Shown: positions 27,189 through 40,059 of the stretch, piece after piece | How the letters are laid out: every line of letters begins with the position of its first letter | How positions within the stretch are numbered: the first letter of the stretch is position 1 | Assembly (NCBI RefSeq): GCF_006345805.1 | Contig: NC_043005.1 | Span: 79,050,001 to 79,114,000 of the forward strand | Origin: Octopus sinensis | Lineage: Eukaryota | Length of the DNA stretch: 64,000 nucleotides | Direction of reading: 5' to 3' | Program-made: the position numbers and the translations under genes | Notes under the pieces: generated by a model | Databases searched by the model: none | What the model was told of the DNA's origin: nothing | The model's input: only the letters and a program-made list of their open reading frames with translations

Positions 27189-28086
27189 CATATATATTTA
27201 TACATGAGCTTATTATAATATACATATGTGTATGTGTGTATGTATAAAATGGCGCATACGCGTACATGCATAAAATCCGTGAATACATACAAACATATAC
27301 TATGTGTGTCTGTCTTTCTGCCTGTCTGTCTCTGTCTCTCTTTCTCTCTCTGTCTCTGTCTCTCCATCTCTCTCACAGGCATATATATATATATATATAT
27401 ATACCTACAGTCACATAAATCCCCCCGTGCATTTACATTCATGAATATAATTAATAGTTAAACATTTGTATGTAAACATTTATTCTTCAAAGATAATATA
27501 TTCTATTAAACAAATATCTTCTCTTCAGAAACATTAAATTATACGAAATTTTAAGCTTTTGGAGTGAAATAATTGTATCACAATATGTTTTAATTTTACT
27601 TTTGCGTATAGCAGAATTAATGAACGCATATATATTTGCCCGTGGATGACATCGAATCTACGTTTTATTACATTTTTTTGTTTTGTTTTTCGCTGTGGCG
27701 ATTCAGTGTCTAAATGAAACCATGGTATGGTCATGTTGCATGCGTTGACTATACATTTAGTTTTCTTGATAGTGATATTTATGAATGAAACAAGTAAAAG
27801 AATAAAAGAATAACAGTTCACACACTGTGGTTACCATCCTGAAACAGCTTTAAAATAGACAGCACCAGAAGAGAAGAGAAAGACTGATCATCACATGGCG
27901 CAAAACATTCATGACTAACATAAAAGAGGACAATATTATCTGATTGGATGTAGCGGGAACCACAGCCAACAGAAACGGATGGAGTCAACATGCTGTCCAA
28001 TGTGCTCTAGAGCAATGCTACTCAAAGTGGTGGTCTGCGGACCATCAGCTGTCGGTACGTGGCGAGTTTCCAGTAAAGAAAGTAAT

Positions 28087-28294
28087 ATAAAGTGATTGTT
28101 TGTTGCCAACTTAACGTAGCAGGCCCAGGAAAGGGAAGAATACTACTGTTATTTAACCCCAGGAAACACCGTTTCCAGTTGGCTTCGTGACACGAGTGTT
28201 GTCTGTCCTTAAGTCTTCCTGGGGCTAAATAGCAGTAGTATTCCTCCCTTTCCTGGGTCTGCCACCTTAAGTTGGCAACAAACCATCACTTTAT
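28087..28294. repeat. Long inverted repeat (foldback/MITE-like), ~79-bp arms and ~50-bp spacer
   Basis: ataaagtgattgtttgttgccaacttaa...ccccaggaa (28087-28165) is the reverse complement, with a few substitutions, of ttcctgggg...ttaagttggcaacaaaccatcactttat (28216-28294). Confidence 0.92.
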
Positions 28295-28656
28295 TGTGCT
28301 GTTACTGCATGTCTCTCTGAGAGATTTAGAAATGCAATATTCCTAAAGGTACATAAAATGCTTATGTAACATTGTATTATTTGTTTACAAAATAAATATA
28401 TGATAAAAAAAATGTCAACTTTTATTATATTTATTATATATATATATATATATATAAACTTAGATAAACTTAGATATGTTTCGACCAAAGATTGGTCCAG
28501 GCCATGTCTAACTTAATAGCACATATATTCATTATATATAATTCAGTGTGAAAGGTATTTATAAGCCATTAAAAACACACACACACACAAACCGTTAGAT
28601 TTACTTCAACATTTGAATTTATTTTTTGTAAAAATATTTTCGTCGATTTGCAACTT

Positions 28657-28820
28657 TTTACGTCGATTCCTCCGTGGTATTGTTTTGCATTTATAATATA
28701 ATAAATATATACAAATTATAAAAATGATAATAATACAGTACTGTTTCTACTCCGCGGATTTTCACCTATCGTAGGGGAGGGGTTTTGAACGTAACACCCG
28801 CGATAATCGAGAGATTGCTG
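28657..28820. mobile_element. pogo/Tigger-type MITE, one-ended fragment
   Basis: Colinear with 575-742 (ttacgtcgattcctcc.tggt...cgagagattgctg). Confidence 0.8.
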
Positions 28821-29527
28821 AATTTGCTTTATCAGTCTGATTTAAACAATGGTTGAGCGTTGACAGATTCAGGCAGATGAATCTCTGTGCATGTGTGTAT
28901 TCTTTTAATTTTGTTGCTGCTATTCTTGGAGTCATTTTTGTTATTATATTTAACATAGAATTTTCTCAGTATTATTTCTTTAATCTTTCTACAGAATTCC
29001 CTAGGAAATTTTATGACCAGTTTCATAGATATATGCTTTTTTTTTACACTATTTTTTCTTTATTCTTGTTTTGAAAAGTAATGTAGTAAATAAATTAGTA
29101 AGGATAGGATTTATAGCAACATTTTTCACTGTGCTTTACGAAGCGCATTTCAATAATTGGCATTTGAAAAATTCATCGTAAAATATGTTTTGGTCAACGG
29201 AGCCTCGTGCTTAAGCAAACCTGATCAGACACTGCTAATGAGTCTTCATTAACCCCTCCAAATTTCATTTTCCCACCACTCTGAGTTATTTATCCCGGTT
29301 CGTTGACCCCTAGAGCAGAAAAGATTATGACCACTATATCAGTTTAACGGTATCATGCTCCTGCTGACACGCCTCAGGATCTCTTTTAGGGTCAAAGACA
29401 CTGCTGTCCGTTCTGTCTGAGAGAAAAAAAAAACAATTCAGACGTACAGACACGAACAGCAGCATATAAACATACACACGCTCCCGTACACACACACGCA
29501 CGAACGTAGACATTTTAATGACCCGAT

Positions 29528-30105
29528 TTAGTCATGAATGACCATGAAATTGCAGCTAGAATGTTCCCCTCCGAGGTACAAGTCCGAGAAAGATTGCTTG
29601 TAGAAGACCAGCAGCCGCCCATGCATCACAGCCTCTCTCTCCTCCCATGCCACTAATGTTATCCGTGGGAAAGGCAAAGGCCAATACAGCTTGACATCCG
29701 TGCCGTCGGAATTCATTTCTACAGCTGAGTGAAATGGAGCAACGTGAAATAAAGTGTCTTGCTCAAGAACACAACACACAGCCCCGTTCGGTAATCAAAC
29801 TCACTACCTCCTGATTGTGAGCCCGACGAGTGAGGCGGCGAGCTGGCAGAATCGTTAGCACGCCGGGCGAAATGCCTAGCCGTATTTCGTCTGCCGTTAC
29901 GTTCTGAGTTCAAATTCCGCCCAGGTCCACTTTGCCTTTCATCCTTTCGGGGTCGATAAATTAAGTACCAGTTACGCACTGGGGTCGATGTAATCGACTT
30001 AATTCGTTTGTCTGTCCTTGTTAGTCCCCTCTATGTTTAGCCCCTTGTGGGTAATAAAGAAACGGATTGTGAGCCCGACGCTCTTACCACTGATCCATGC
30101 CCCTT
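29528..30105 (-). mobile_element. SINE (family C-related head) interrupted by a SINE A insertion
   Basis: gtgtcttgctcaagaacacaacacacagccc body ends at 29828 and the head resumes at 30081 (ctcttaccactgatccatg). Confidence 0.8.
29829..30064 (+). mobile_element. Young monomeric SINE family A with 16-bp target site duplication
   Basis: GATTGTGAGCCCGACG at 29813-29828 and 30065-30080; intact head, core and type-1 tail. Confidence 0.95.
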
Positions 30106-30222
30106 TACTCATAGACATATCAGTGTTAATAAATATAAGAGAAGACAGTACTCAATAATGAATTAAGATGTGATGCCTCGTTGGAAGTTGAAATTTCTTA
30201 CATCAGTAGTTACTCTGAGTTT

Positions 30223-30800
30223 GCTGGCAGAATCGTAAGCACGCTGGACGTAATGCTTAGCGGTATTTTGCCCGTCGCTACGTTCTGGGTCGAAATTTAT
30301 CTGAGGTCGACTTTGCTTTTCATCCTTTCGGGGACAATAAATTAAATACCAGTGAAATACTGGCGTCAATGTAATCGACTCATCCCCTCCCTCGAAATTT
30401 CGTGGCTTGTGCCTATAGTTGAAAGTATTATTACTCTGAGTCTGAAGGCGGCGAGCTGGTAGAATCGTTAGCTCGCCGGACGTCTTTGCCTTTCGGGGTC
30501 AATTAAATAAGTACCAGTTACGCACTGGGGTCGATATAATCGAATTAATCCTGCAATTGTGGCAAAAATTTGAAATCATTTAAGGCGGTGAGCTGGCAGA
30601 ATTGTTAGCACGCCGAGCGAGATGCTTGGCAATATTTCGTCTGCCGCTAGGTTCTGATTTCAAATTCCGCCGAGGTCGATTTTGCCTTTCAACTTTTCGG
30701 GGTCAATTAAATAAGTACCATTTACCCACTGGGCTTGATATAATAGTCTCATCCCCTCCCCTCACCCATATTTTCAAGGACTTGTGTCTAGAGTAGAAAT
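30223..30800 (+). mobile_element. Three further SINE family A copies
   Basis: gctgg.agaat.gt.agc heads at ~30223, ~30454 and ~30592 with core sequence. Confidence 0.85.
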
Positions 30801-30874
30801 AATTATTACTCTAGGTTTCAAGCTTAGGGAACACACACGTGTGCATAAAACACACATTCATATTTGCGCTTGTT

Positions 30875-31168
30875 TGTTCTCGAGCCATGCCTGGCTCATA
30901 AGGGCCGGTTTCCCGGTTTCCTTGGCGTATAGGTTCCCCACCAGGACAGGATGTTAGTCCGTCACAGGTGAGCTGCAAGATGCAGGAGGAAAGAGTGAGA
31001 GAAAGTTGTGGCGGAATAGTTAGCAGAAGTTCGCCATTACCTTCTGCCGGAGCCGCGTTGAGCTTAAGTGTTTCACTCATAAACACACACATCGCCCGGT
31101 CTGAGATTCGAACCCGCGATCCTTGGACCGCGACACCGCTGCTGTAACCACTAGTCCATATGCCTCCA
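30875..31168 (-). mobile_element. tRNA-derived SINE, family C variant
   Basis: gagtgagagaaagttgtgg and gcccggtctgagattcgaacccgcgatc shared with family C, but a different 3' part. Confidence 0.75.
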
Positions 31169-31509
31169 AATGTTTTGCGCTTAGGTATACATAAAAACAT
31201 TCAATTTTGAATCTTAGTTTATTATGTATAGTTGTTACATGATAAGAAGTTTGCTTCCCAATCACATCGTTCAGGGTTCAGTTCCACTGCACGGCATCTT
31301 GGTAAAGTGTTTTCTTCTATAGTTCCGGGCCAACCAAAGCCTTGAGAGTATCTCTTGAAAGGGATTTGGTGAAAGGAAATTGAAAGAAGCCCTTCTTCTT
31401 CTTCTACTTCTTCTTCTTCTTCTTCTTCTTCAAGCGGCCTTTACCTTGTCTGCCATTACCCTAATTTAATTTCATGTTGGGTGTCTTTACCTTTAGTCTT
31501 TAACTACAG

Positions 31510-31825
31510 TTGGCACTCCGTCGGTTACTACGACACGGGTTCCAGTTGAAAACCATCAACGGAAAAAATGGCTTGTGACATTAACGTGCAAGCGACTGAG
31601 AACTCCACAAACAAGCGTAGCTCAATGTTGTTCTTTGCGAGATTCAGCATGACACGGAAATGACGAAATTGGCCTTTTTCAATTACAGGTACTACTGATT
31701 TTTTGCCAGCTGAGAGGATTGGAGTAACGTGAAATAAAATGTCTTGCTAAACGATACAACACGCTGCTATGTATCGAACTCACGACCTTACGATCGTGAG
31801 CCGAATACCGTACCCACTAAGTCAC
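31510..31825 (-). mobile_element. SINE with family C tail and 29528-type head
   Basis: gcactccgtcggttac.acgac..gggttcc tail as at 42252; aacgtgaaataaa.tgtcttgct as at 29741. Confidence 0.75.
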
Positions 31826-31863
31826 AATTCTTTAGCCTTTTAATCACGTATAAATGGTAAATA

Positions 31864-32482
31864 CAGTAATCCCTCGACTAGCGCGGGTATTTCGTTCCAA
31901 AATCCCCACCCCGCGATAGGTGAAAATCCGCGAAGTGGAGACAGTGATGTACTCTACTCTCTTTTACTCTCCTTTACTTGTTTCAGTCACTTGACTGCGG
32001 TCATGCTGGAGCACCGCCTTTAGTCATGCAAATCGACCCCAAGACTTATTCTTTGTAAGCCTAGTACTTATTCTATCAGTCTTTTTTGCCGAACCGCTAA
32101 GTTACGGGGACGCAAACACACCAGCATCCATTGTCAAGCGATTTTGTGGGGACAAACACACACACACACACACATACACACACACATACACACACATATA
32201 TATATACATATATATGACGGGCTTCTTTCAGTTTTCGTCTACCAAATCCAGTCACAAGGCTTTAGTCGGTCCCAGGCAATACTCTTTTACTCTTTTGTTT
32301 CAGTCATTTGACTGTGGCCATGTTGCATCACTGCCTTTAGTCGAGCTAATCGACCCCAGGACTTATTCTTTAGAAGCCTAGTACTAATTCTATCGGTCTA
32401 CTTTGCCGAACCGTTAGGTTACGGGGATGCAAACACACCAGCATCGGTTCTCAAGCGATGTTGGGGGACATAAACACAGACA

Positions 32483-32575
<93 letters not shown>

Positions 32576-32793
32576 CATATATACGACGGGCTTCTTTCAG
32601 TTTCCGTCTACCAAATCTACTCACAAAGCTTTGGTCGGCCCGAGGCTACAGTAGAAGACACTTGCCCAAGGTGCCACGCAGTGGTACTGTATATTTTAAA
32701 ATCATTTTAAAAAATAATTTGTATATATTCATTTTATCATAAATGCAAAATAACACTACGATAGGTGAACCGCAATATGACGAGAGATTACAA
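31864..32793. mobile_element. pogo/Tigger-type MITE split by two SINE B insertions
   Basis: TA|CAGTAATCCCTCG end at 31864-31952; two reverse SINE B copies at ~31955-32278 and ~32281-32684; MITE resumes at ~32685 and ends CGAGAGATTAC. Confidence 0.85.
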
Positions 32794-33444
32794 TATCTAG
32801 CAGCACACTTGAACCGACACCATGTCACAGACTTGATTCATGGAAAACTTAAATATTTCTTCATAACAACCAGCATATTTATTGATGAAATTATATTAAA
32901 ATCTTTTCCCAGTGTAAATATATTACTTGTTTCTGCCAATTTCCTTCGCGACAGCATTATCAGCGAAGAGTTAAATAGTTAAATGTACTTTATCTCACGC
33001 ATTGAGATCAATATACCTTAAGCATATATTGTATGATATCAAATATTTATCAACACAACAGACCATATTTCACTCAAGGTAATTGCATTTTCTGAAGATT
33101 AACTTCTACAGTATCTTCAAATATCGATGAAAATGATAAATCTGATTTTAGTCTATTCTATGTGTCTGGGTAGACTGAATAGAAAAGCATTTGTGTAGCC
33201 GAAGAAACGGAACTAAATTGATAACAATACTTTATCATATTTGTTTAAATTTTTCTTCAACCAGAGAGCCAGGTCTACTCTGTATGGTGATATGCTCAGC
33301 TAAAAATAGCAGCCAAATCTCTCTCAATTTTTTGATTAAATGTCTTAAGAGAAAAAACAAGGACATGTACGGCATGGACCAAAATAAACACTAAATGAAA
33401 ATATGACAGATATATTAACACATAGACGAGGTGAGAGAATTTTC

Positions 33445-34090
33445 TTTTCTATTCTAGGCAAAAGGCCCGAAATTTTGGAGATGAGGGCCAGTCGATTAGA
33501 TCGACCCGAATACGTAACTGGTACCTAATTTATCGACCCCGAAAGGATGAAAGGCAAAGTCAACCTCGGCGGAATTTGAACTCAGAACGTAAAGACAGAC
33601 GAAATACTTATTTCTTTACTACCCACAAGGGGCTAAACACAGAGAGGACAAAGAAGGGCAGACAAACGGATTAATTCGATTATATCGACCCCAGTGCGTA
33701 ACTGGTACTTATTTAATCGAACACGAATGGATGAAAGGCAAAGTCAACCTCGGTGGAATTTGAACTCAGAACGTAACGGCAAACGAAATACCGCTATGCA
33801 TTTCATCCGGCGTGCCAACGTTTCTGCCAGCTCACCGCCTTCAATAATAATAATAATAATATAATAATAATAATAATCTTTTCTACTCTAAGCACAACGC
33901 CCGAAATTTGGTGGGAGGGGGCAGTCGAAGAAATCGACGCAGTACGCAACTGGTATTTAATTCATTTATCCCGAAAGGATAAAAGGCAAAATGGACTTCG
34001 GTGGAATTTGAACTCAGAACGTAACGAAGGGCGAGATATCGTTAAGCATTTCGTCCAGGGTGCTAACGATTCTGCCAGCTCACCGCTTTC

Positions 34091-34122
<32 letters not shown>

Positions 34123-34312
34123 TGATGATGATAATGATAATAATATTAATAATAATAATGATAATCTTTTCTCCTCTAGGCACATGGACCGAAATTTTGA
34201 GGGAAGGGGGCCAGTCGACTTCGACGGAATTTGAACTCAGAAGGTAATGACGGGTGAAATACCGCTTCGCATTTCGTCCAGCATACTAAACGATTCTGCC
34301 AGCTCGCCACTT
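33445..34312 (-). mobile_element. SINE family A dimer plus two monomers separated by (AAT)n
   Basis: Junction GAAATACTTATTTC at 33601-33614; heads ending ~33840, ~34088, ~34310. Confidence 0.9.
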
Positions 34313-34916
34313 TAATAATAATGATAATAATAATAATAATAATAAAAAATAATAATAGTAATAATAATAATAATAATAATGATAATAATAATAATAAAGA
34401 TAATAATAATAATGTTGTTATCGTCATTATCATTATTATTATTAATATTATTATTATAATTCTTCTTCTTATTATTATTATTATTAATATTTTACACCTT
34501 AGCTGCATGGTTGAATGTAATACCGGTGTTGTAATAAGAGCCTTATAAATGTCAGATGCTGCATTATAACAGCCCCAGGAAGACAGAAATTAAATGTATT
34601 TCAGCTGAATTTCAATTCATCGTGAATAATTAATTCTTCATTCTATTGCCCCTTTAATAATGCTAATGAAAGCAATGAAAACACTACGAATACCACTACT
34701 ACCACCACCACCACCACTCCTCCTCCTCCTATTACTACTACTACTACCCACCACTACTACTACTACTACTTCTACATGTGGTAGTAGTAGTGTCACAGCT
34801 ACCACTACCTCCCCTACTGCTACTAACACCACCGCCACCATCACCACCAAGGTAGCCAGCACCATCACCACCACCACCACTGCCGCACAACTTAAACTAT
34901 TACCAATACCACCACC

Positions 34917-34948
<32 letters not shown>

Positions 34949-35120
34949 CACCGCTGCTACTACTACAATTACTACTACTACTACTACTACTATAATCGAT
35001 ACTGCTTCTGCTGATTTCTTGATGATAATAATAATAATAATAATAATATTGATAATAATAAATAATAATGATAATAATAATAACAATAATGATAATAATA
35101 AAAATAATAATAATAATAAT
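34312..35120. repeat. Compound trinucleotide microsatellites (AAT, ATT, ACC, ACT, AAC)
   Basis: Directly visible. Confidence 0.9.
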
Positions 35121-36282
35121 AGCGATAATTGAATTTCTGTAAATTTCAACGATTAAGAAGGTTTTTACATGGAAACAATGGCTTTGAAAAACATATCTCT
35201 TTATGCACCGCCGAAAACTCTTTGTGTGTTTCTCATACAATAGCATTTCATAGGTACTTTGGGTCCTTAATGTTTCCTTAAACATGTTGATATTATTGAA
35301 TTTACGGGCAATCAAATAAAAATAGTGATCAACAATGTAAACTATTTCATTTGTGTAACTACAAACTCACCAATTGACCAAGCTGTTGAGAATTCGATCA
35401 TGCGTGAAGATATCAACAAATATCATACAATCAAATTATACGGATGATTGCTTCGCAGAATTAGATTGTCATTCAGCTAAAGGCGGCATAACACTACTGT
35501 CTTGACATTCTGCAATTTCTTAGCCAAGCATCTGTTGAAGCCCGACCCACTCCTTGTTTTAAAGCAAATTCAACATTATTCACAGTTCAATAAGTTATCT
35601 CTTATCTCAAAAGCCTTTGTTTATTCCAAAATCACGCAAGATTTAATCCAAACTCAATCATGAATAACATCTTGGCCACTTCGATTATTGGCTATGCCAC
35701 TCATTTTCATGGTCAGTAGTTAATAACTAACGCAAATTTTATAGAGCGCATTCTTGGTAGTCTCCATTCTTCCGATGCACTTTGTTCTATAGCTATAACC
35801 TAGCTTCATTAATACATCACTGTCTTGCCTTTCAGACGGCTTCCACAAAAATTAGCTCCTCCTTAAGAAAATGCCAGCTGTGGTGAAGGGTAGGAAAGAT
35901 GATGGAGTAATTTATTACCGAATTGATTTATTTAATTTCCCTCCTACAATCACACGCTAACTGTTGAGTTTTAATTCTTTATTGACTATACGAGAAATAA
36001 TATTTTAATAATGACTATTGAAAAATATCTTCGTAGTAGAATTAGTATATATTAAAGCAACTCTATGCCGAATGAAAATGAGAAAAGCATTGTATATTAC
36101 GGAATCCAACAAACGTTGTAGAAACAGGTTTCGTCTCCTGAGATAATTTTCGTTTTATTCATTTTACGCTAAGATGTCCAGTGCTTCATTTTATAGTATT
36201 TATTTCTTATGATAAAAAAAAAACAAAGCAGTTAGTCTTGTACGTGAGCTAATATATATATGTGTATGCTTGTGTGTGTGTG

Positions 36283-36384
36283 TGGCAAGAAGAAAATGGA
36301 GGGAATCCAGAGGTAATATTCATCATGTAATGTCTAACAGCTGATGAATACTACCTCTGGATTGCCTCCATTTTCTTCTTGCCA
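36283..36384. repeat. Near-perfect hairpin, 43-bp arms and 16-nt loop
   Basis: tggcaagaagaaaatggagggaatccagaggtaatattcatca versus tgatgaatactacctctggattgcctccattttcttcttgcca; two mismatches. Confidence 0.95.
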
Positions 36385-36582
36385 TATAAATTAAGGGTAA
36401 AACCACTTATTACCCTCGCTTGATTATTATACCCAGTAGGGCAATTACCACGCAATAACCAACACTTGTGTATTACTCAGGTATTCAACCAGCGGTATAT
36501 TGGATAGATACTATCCCTTAGTTGGTTGGATTCACAACCTCTAACTTTCTTTCAATTGAATTTATATATATATATATAGTCG

Positions 36583-36742
36583 CCAGAGTGGGTGTGTAGT
36601 AAGAAGTTTCTTTCCTAACCATATGGTTCCGAGTTCAGTCCCACTGCGTAGCATATTGGGCAAGTGTCTACTACTATAACCTCAGGCTGACCAAAGCCTT
36701 TTCAATGGATTTGGTAGGTGGACACTGAAAGAAACCTATTGA

Positions 36743-36795
<53 letters not shown>

Positions 36796-36905
36796 TATAT
36801 ATATATAGATATATATGTTTTTGTGCGTCTGTATTTGCCACACAACAATTACTTGACAACCAATGTTCGTGTGTTTATGCCCCCGCGACTTAGCGGTTCG
36901 GCAAG
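36583..36905 (+). mobile_element. SINE family B
   Basis: gtgtgtagtaagaag head, gttcagtcccactgcgt.gca..ttgggcaagtgtct CORE-like block, internal (TA)n, cttgacaacc.atg tail. Confidence 0.85.
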
Positions 36906-39241
36906 CGGTTACTCTAACTCCACTCATAGCGTCCAACCGATTTTAATGATTTTGGCACATAGGCAGATCACATGCCCTGAAGTTCAAATAAGGCCAGAAT
37001 TTTTCGAAAACTCGAAAATGCTTAGTTGGTATGGATTTTTGTGAGTTCAATCGGGCGTTTGATTAGAGATTCCCATAACGATGTTATTTTCCCTTCTTAA
37101 TGGGTAATAGTTGGCACAGGAAACGTGAAGGATGGAATGCAAAATTGACCCCGGTAGCATTTGAATTTGATTGTAAATTCAGAGGAAATATCATTAAACA
37201 TTTTGTCAGCCGCAATAACGTTTCTGTCAGCTCGCCGCTTTATCAACTAATACATCATTTGAAAGTGATCAATTTGATTTTACCTCATTCAGTTCCACAC
37301 AACGGAAGGATAGAAGGAATGTGTTTGCCTTCTTATAAGGTTCTTTATCATAGCTAATGGCTTTATATTTAAATATATTTCAATACTTGTGATTCATGCT
37401 GTGTTGTGCATAAAATCTATATTGCTTAATATTTATGTTTTCGCTTAGGCGGCGCACTGATAAAATCGTTAACACACCGGGCAAAGCATGTAATGGTATT
37501 TCCTTCGTCTTTGCGTTCTGAGCTGCGATTCCGCCGAAATCAACTTTGCTTTTTATTCTTTCGGTGTCAATAAAAGAAGCACCAGTTGAGCTCTGAGGCT
37601 GATATAATCGACTTACCTGCTTTCCTGAAAATACTGGTCCTGTGGTAACATTTGGAACCAATATATATTTCGTAGTATTTACCATATTAAATTTTTCGTA
37701 CGGAAAAAAAAGAAGACAAATAATTTTTAATGTGCTAAAAATTAGCGATACATAAATGTTTGAATGGTTAGCTGTATATGAAATGCCTTTATATCAGTTA
37801 GATTCAAGTGTCTTGCTCCAGAGTTCAAACCTCGTCATAGTCATTTTAACCTTTGTTCCAGCCAAGTCCAATGCAGTAACTTTCAGTTGTAGAGAACGGA
37901 AGATATACCAGACATATAATACGTTTTTCTGTCCACTCAGGATCTCCGTAGTCATATAAATAAAGTAATAACAAATATTTGAAATTAATATATTCTAATA
38001 CCACACATAATATATTGTATATATTAGAAAGAAAATATGCCGTCGTAGATATATTAAAATAACTTTTATTTCCCAAAGAAATAGTAATGATTCAGCATGT
38101 GAGGAATATAAAATGGCTTGAAGGCATGGATTAGAGTGTGGAATTAGTCTATAGAATACAGCCAATGTTATACATATTCTCACAGTTTGATCAGACAATA
38201 TGTTGCTGAATGTTCTCAAAGAGCAATAATCACATTGAAAGTCTATACAAATATTGCTTAGACGCTGCATATACGTAAGCTCTTCCTACAAGGCAATGTA
38301 GTTTGCCAGTTATGAACGTGTTATTCAATACCTACTACTGGATGCTATAAAACAAGTATTGTTCTTGTTATTACATTAGAATTACTTCCACGCTTTTGAG
38401 ATCGATAAAATGTGTACCAGTTGAGGCCTGGGCTCGGTATAACTGATTTACTTCTCCGCTGAAATTAATGGCCTTATTCCAAAATCGTTATTATATTCAT
38501 ACAACATTCTCGAGGGTTGGGGTACCCGTATACCCACCAAAATAAATGCTTCAAATTTTAGCACAAGGCTTGTAATTTTAGAAGCAGGGGATTCATTGAT
38601 TATATTAACCCCCAGTACTTGATGGCACATTGTTTTAATGATCCTGAGAGGATGAAAGAAAAAACTGACCTTAGTAAAATGCGAACTCAAAATGCAAAGG
38701 CGGCGAAAATGCCGCTAAGTCTTTTGGCCAGCGTGTTAACGATTCTGCCCGGTCACCGTGTACATCATCACCAAAATAATAAAGCCACACCTTACGATAC
38801 TAAACTAGCTTCATCGAGAACATTAAATTCCATCTATGAAAAGAAAACAACTAAAAACTTGTAGACCCTGAAAATTTCCAATAGCTCAAATGTGTTGGTG
38901 AAATTTGTAACTAATCCCACTTTCTTCTATACAAACACTTTCAACTGTTAATATAGAGTCTGAAAATTGGATATTGAACTGTCACCTTCGAATGATCGAT
39001 TGCATTTGAAAATTTCGACGAAGTCGAGGCAACTATTCAGTATTATTAGTGAAAAGTTTTACTGTGTCTGGCACAACAGCTTTCTAGTTAGGGTACCTTT
39101 TGCTGAGCTTCATTATGTTTCTTCTCCCGCAACAATTAATTCCCGTTTGAATGATCAACACCAAGATGCACCAATAATCCCAGCTAGTATTCTGAAATAA
39201 TTCAAGTATTGGATTTATACATGGTGTAGTAATATGATATA

Positions 39242-39890
39242 CAGAGTGTCCTGGCTAAATTTGATTGTTTGCACGAAAGGAACAGAAATCACAATATTCC
39301 ATACAAAAGTAAAGGTAATTTAAAAAAAAGCTAATATCATCTAGATTATGGCTGGGAGAAGATAGTTTGTCCAGAGTAGCCGCGTTTAGCCTCCACCACG
39401 ACGTCAAGAGTGCTCTGGAATCTGGCGAACGCTTCCTCATTGGAGTGATCTTCGAACACTTTGATCTTGGCCACCAGTTTGGCGTTGGTACTGCAAGCTA
39501 AGTGATTAGTTTCTTTGTCAACCTCGCTTCACACATAATATTCATTTAATTGCAATCGCAGGTATTAGGAGGCCAGAAGGAGGGGCTGGTGAAGTCTTAG
39601 TAATTCTCCAACAACCACATCTGACTCTTTCTAGGATATGGGAAGGAATCAAAGCCTACTACCACGCATGTAGCCTTCCAGCAGCCACCCTCACCAGTAT
39701 TCAGAACCTTCACATAAGAGTCTGAAATGAACCTAAGGCCTTGTGTAAAGGTATGGGGCGGAATTCTGGTGTACAAACGCAATCAGAACACCTGTTGCGT
39801 TCCATTCTACAGGCCACAGCTTTGCTGTGTCCGGTGCTGCAATCATAAGGTTGGCATTTTGATACCGGCGCAAATAATCATAATACAGGT
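39242..39890 (-). pseudogene. maT/DD37D-like Tc1/mariner transposase 3' fragment with one TIR
   Basis: TA|CAGAGTGTCCTGGCTAAATTTG end; reverse translation gives IPPHTFTQGLR, RKSQMWLLENY.DFTSPSFWPPNTCDCN (WPPxSPDxN motif). Confidence 0.75.
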
Positions 39891-40059
39891 AACTCTTTTC
39901 CAATATTCAAATGGCTTCCAAAGGCGACTAGCTGGCAGAAACGTTAGCACGCTAGGCGAAATGCCTATCGGTATTTCGTCTGTCTTTACGTTCTGAGTTC
40001 AAATTCCGCGAAGGTCGACATGGCCTTTGATCCTTTCGAGGTCAATAAATTATGATATT

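Noticed and set aside
34638-35315. 225-aa and 111-aa low-complexity ORFs (Pro/Thr or Val/Gly rich)
   Set aside because: Made entirely of trinucleotide repeats, with no domain or supported splice structure.
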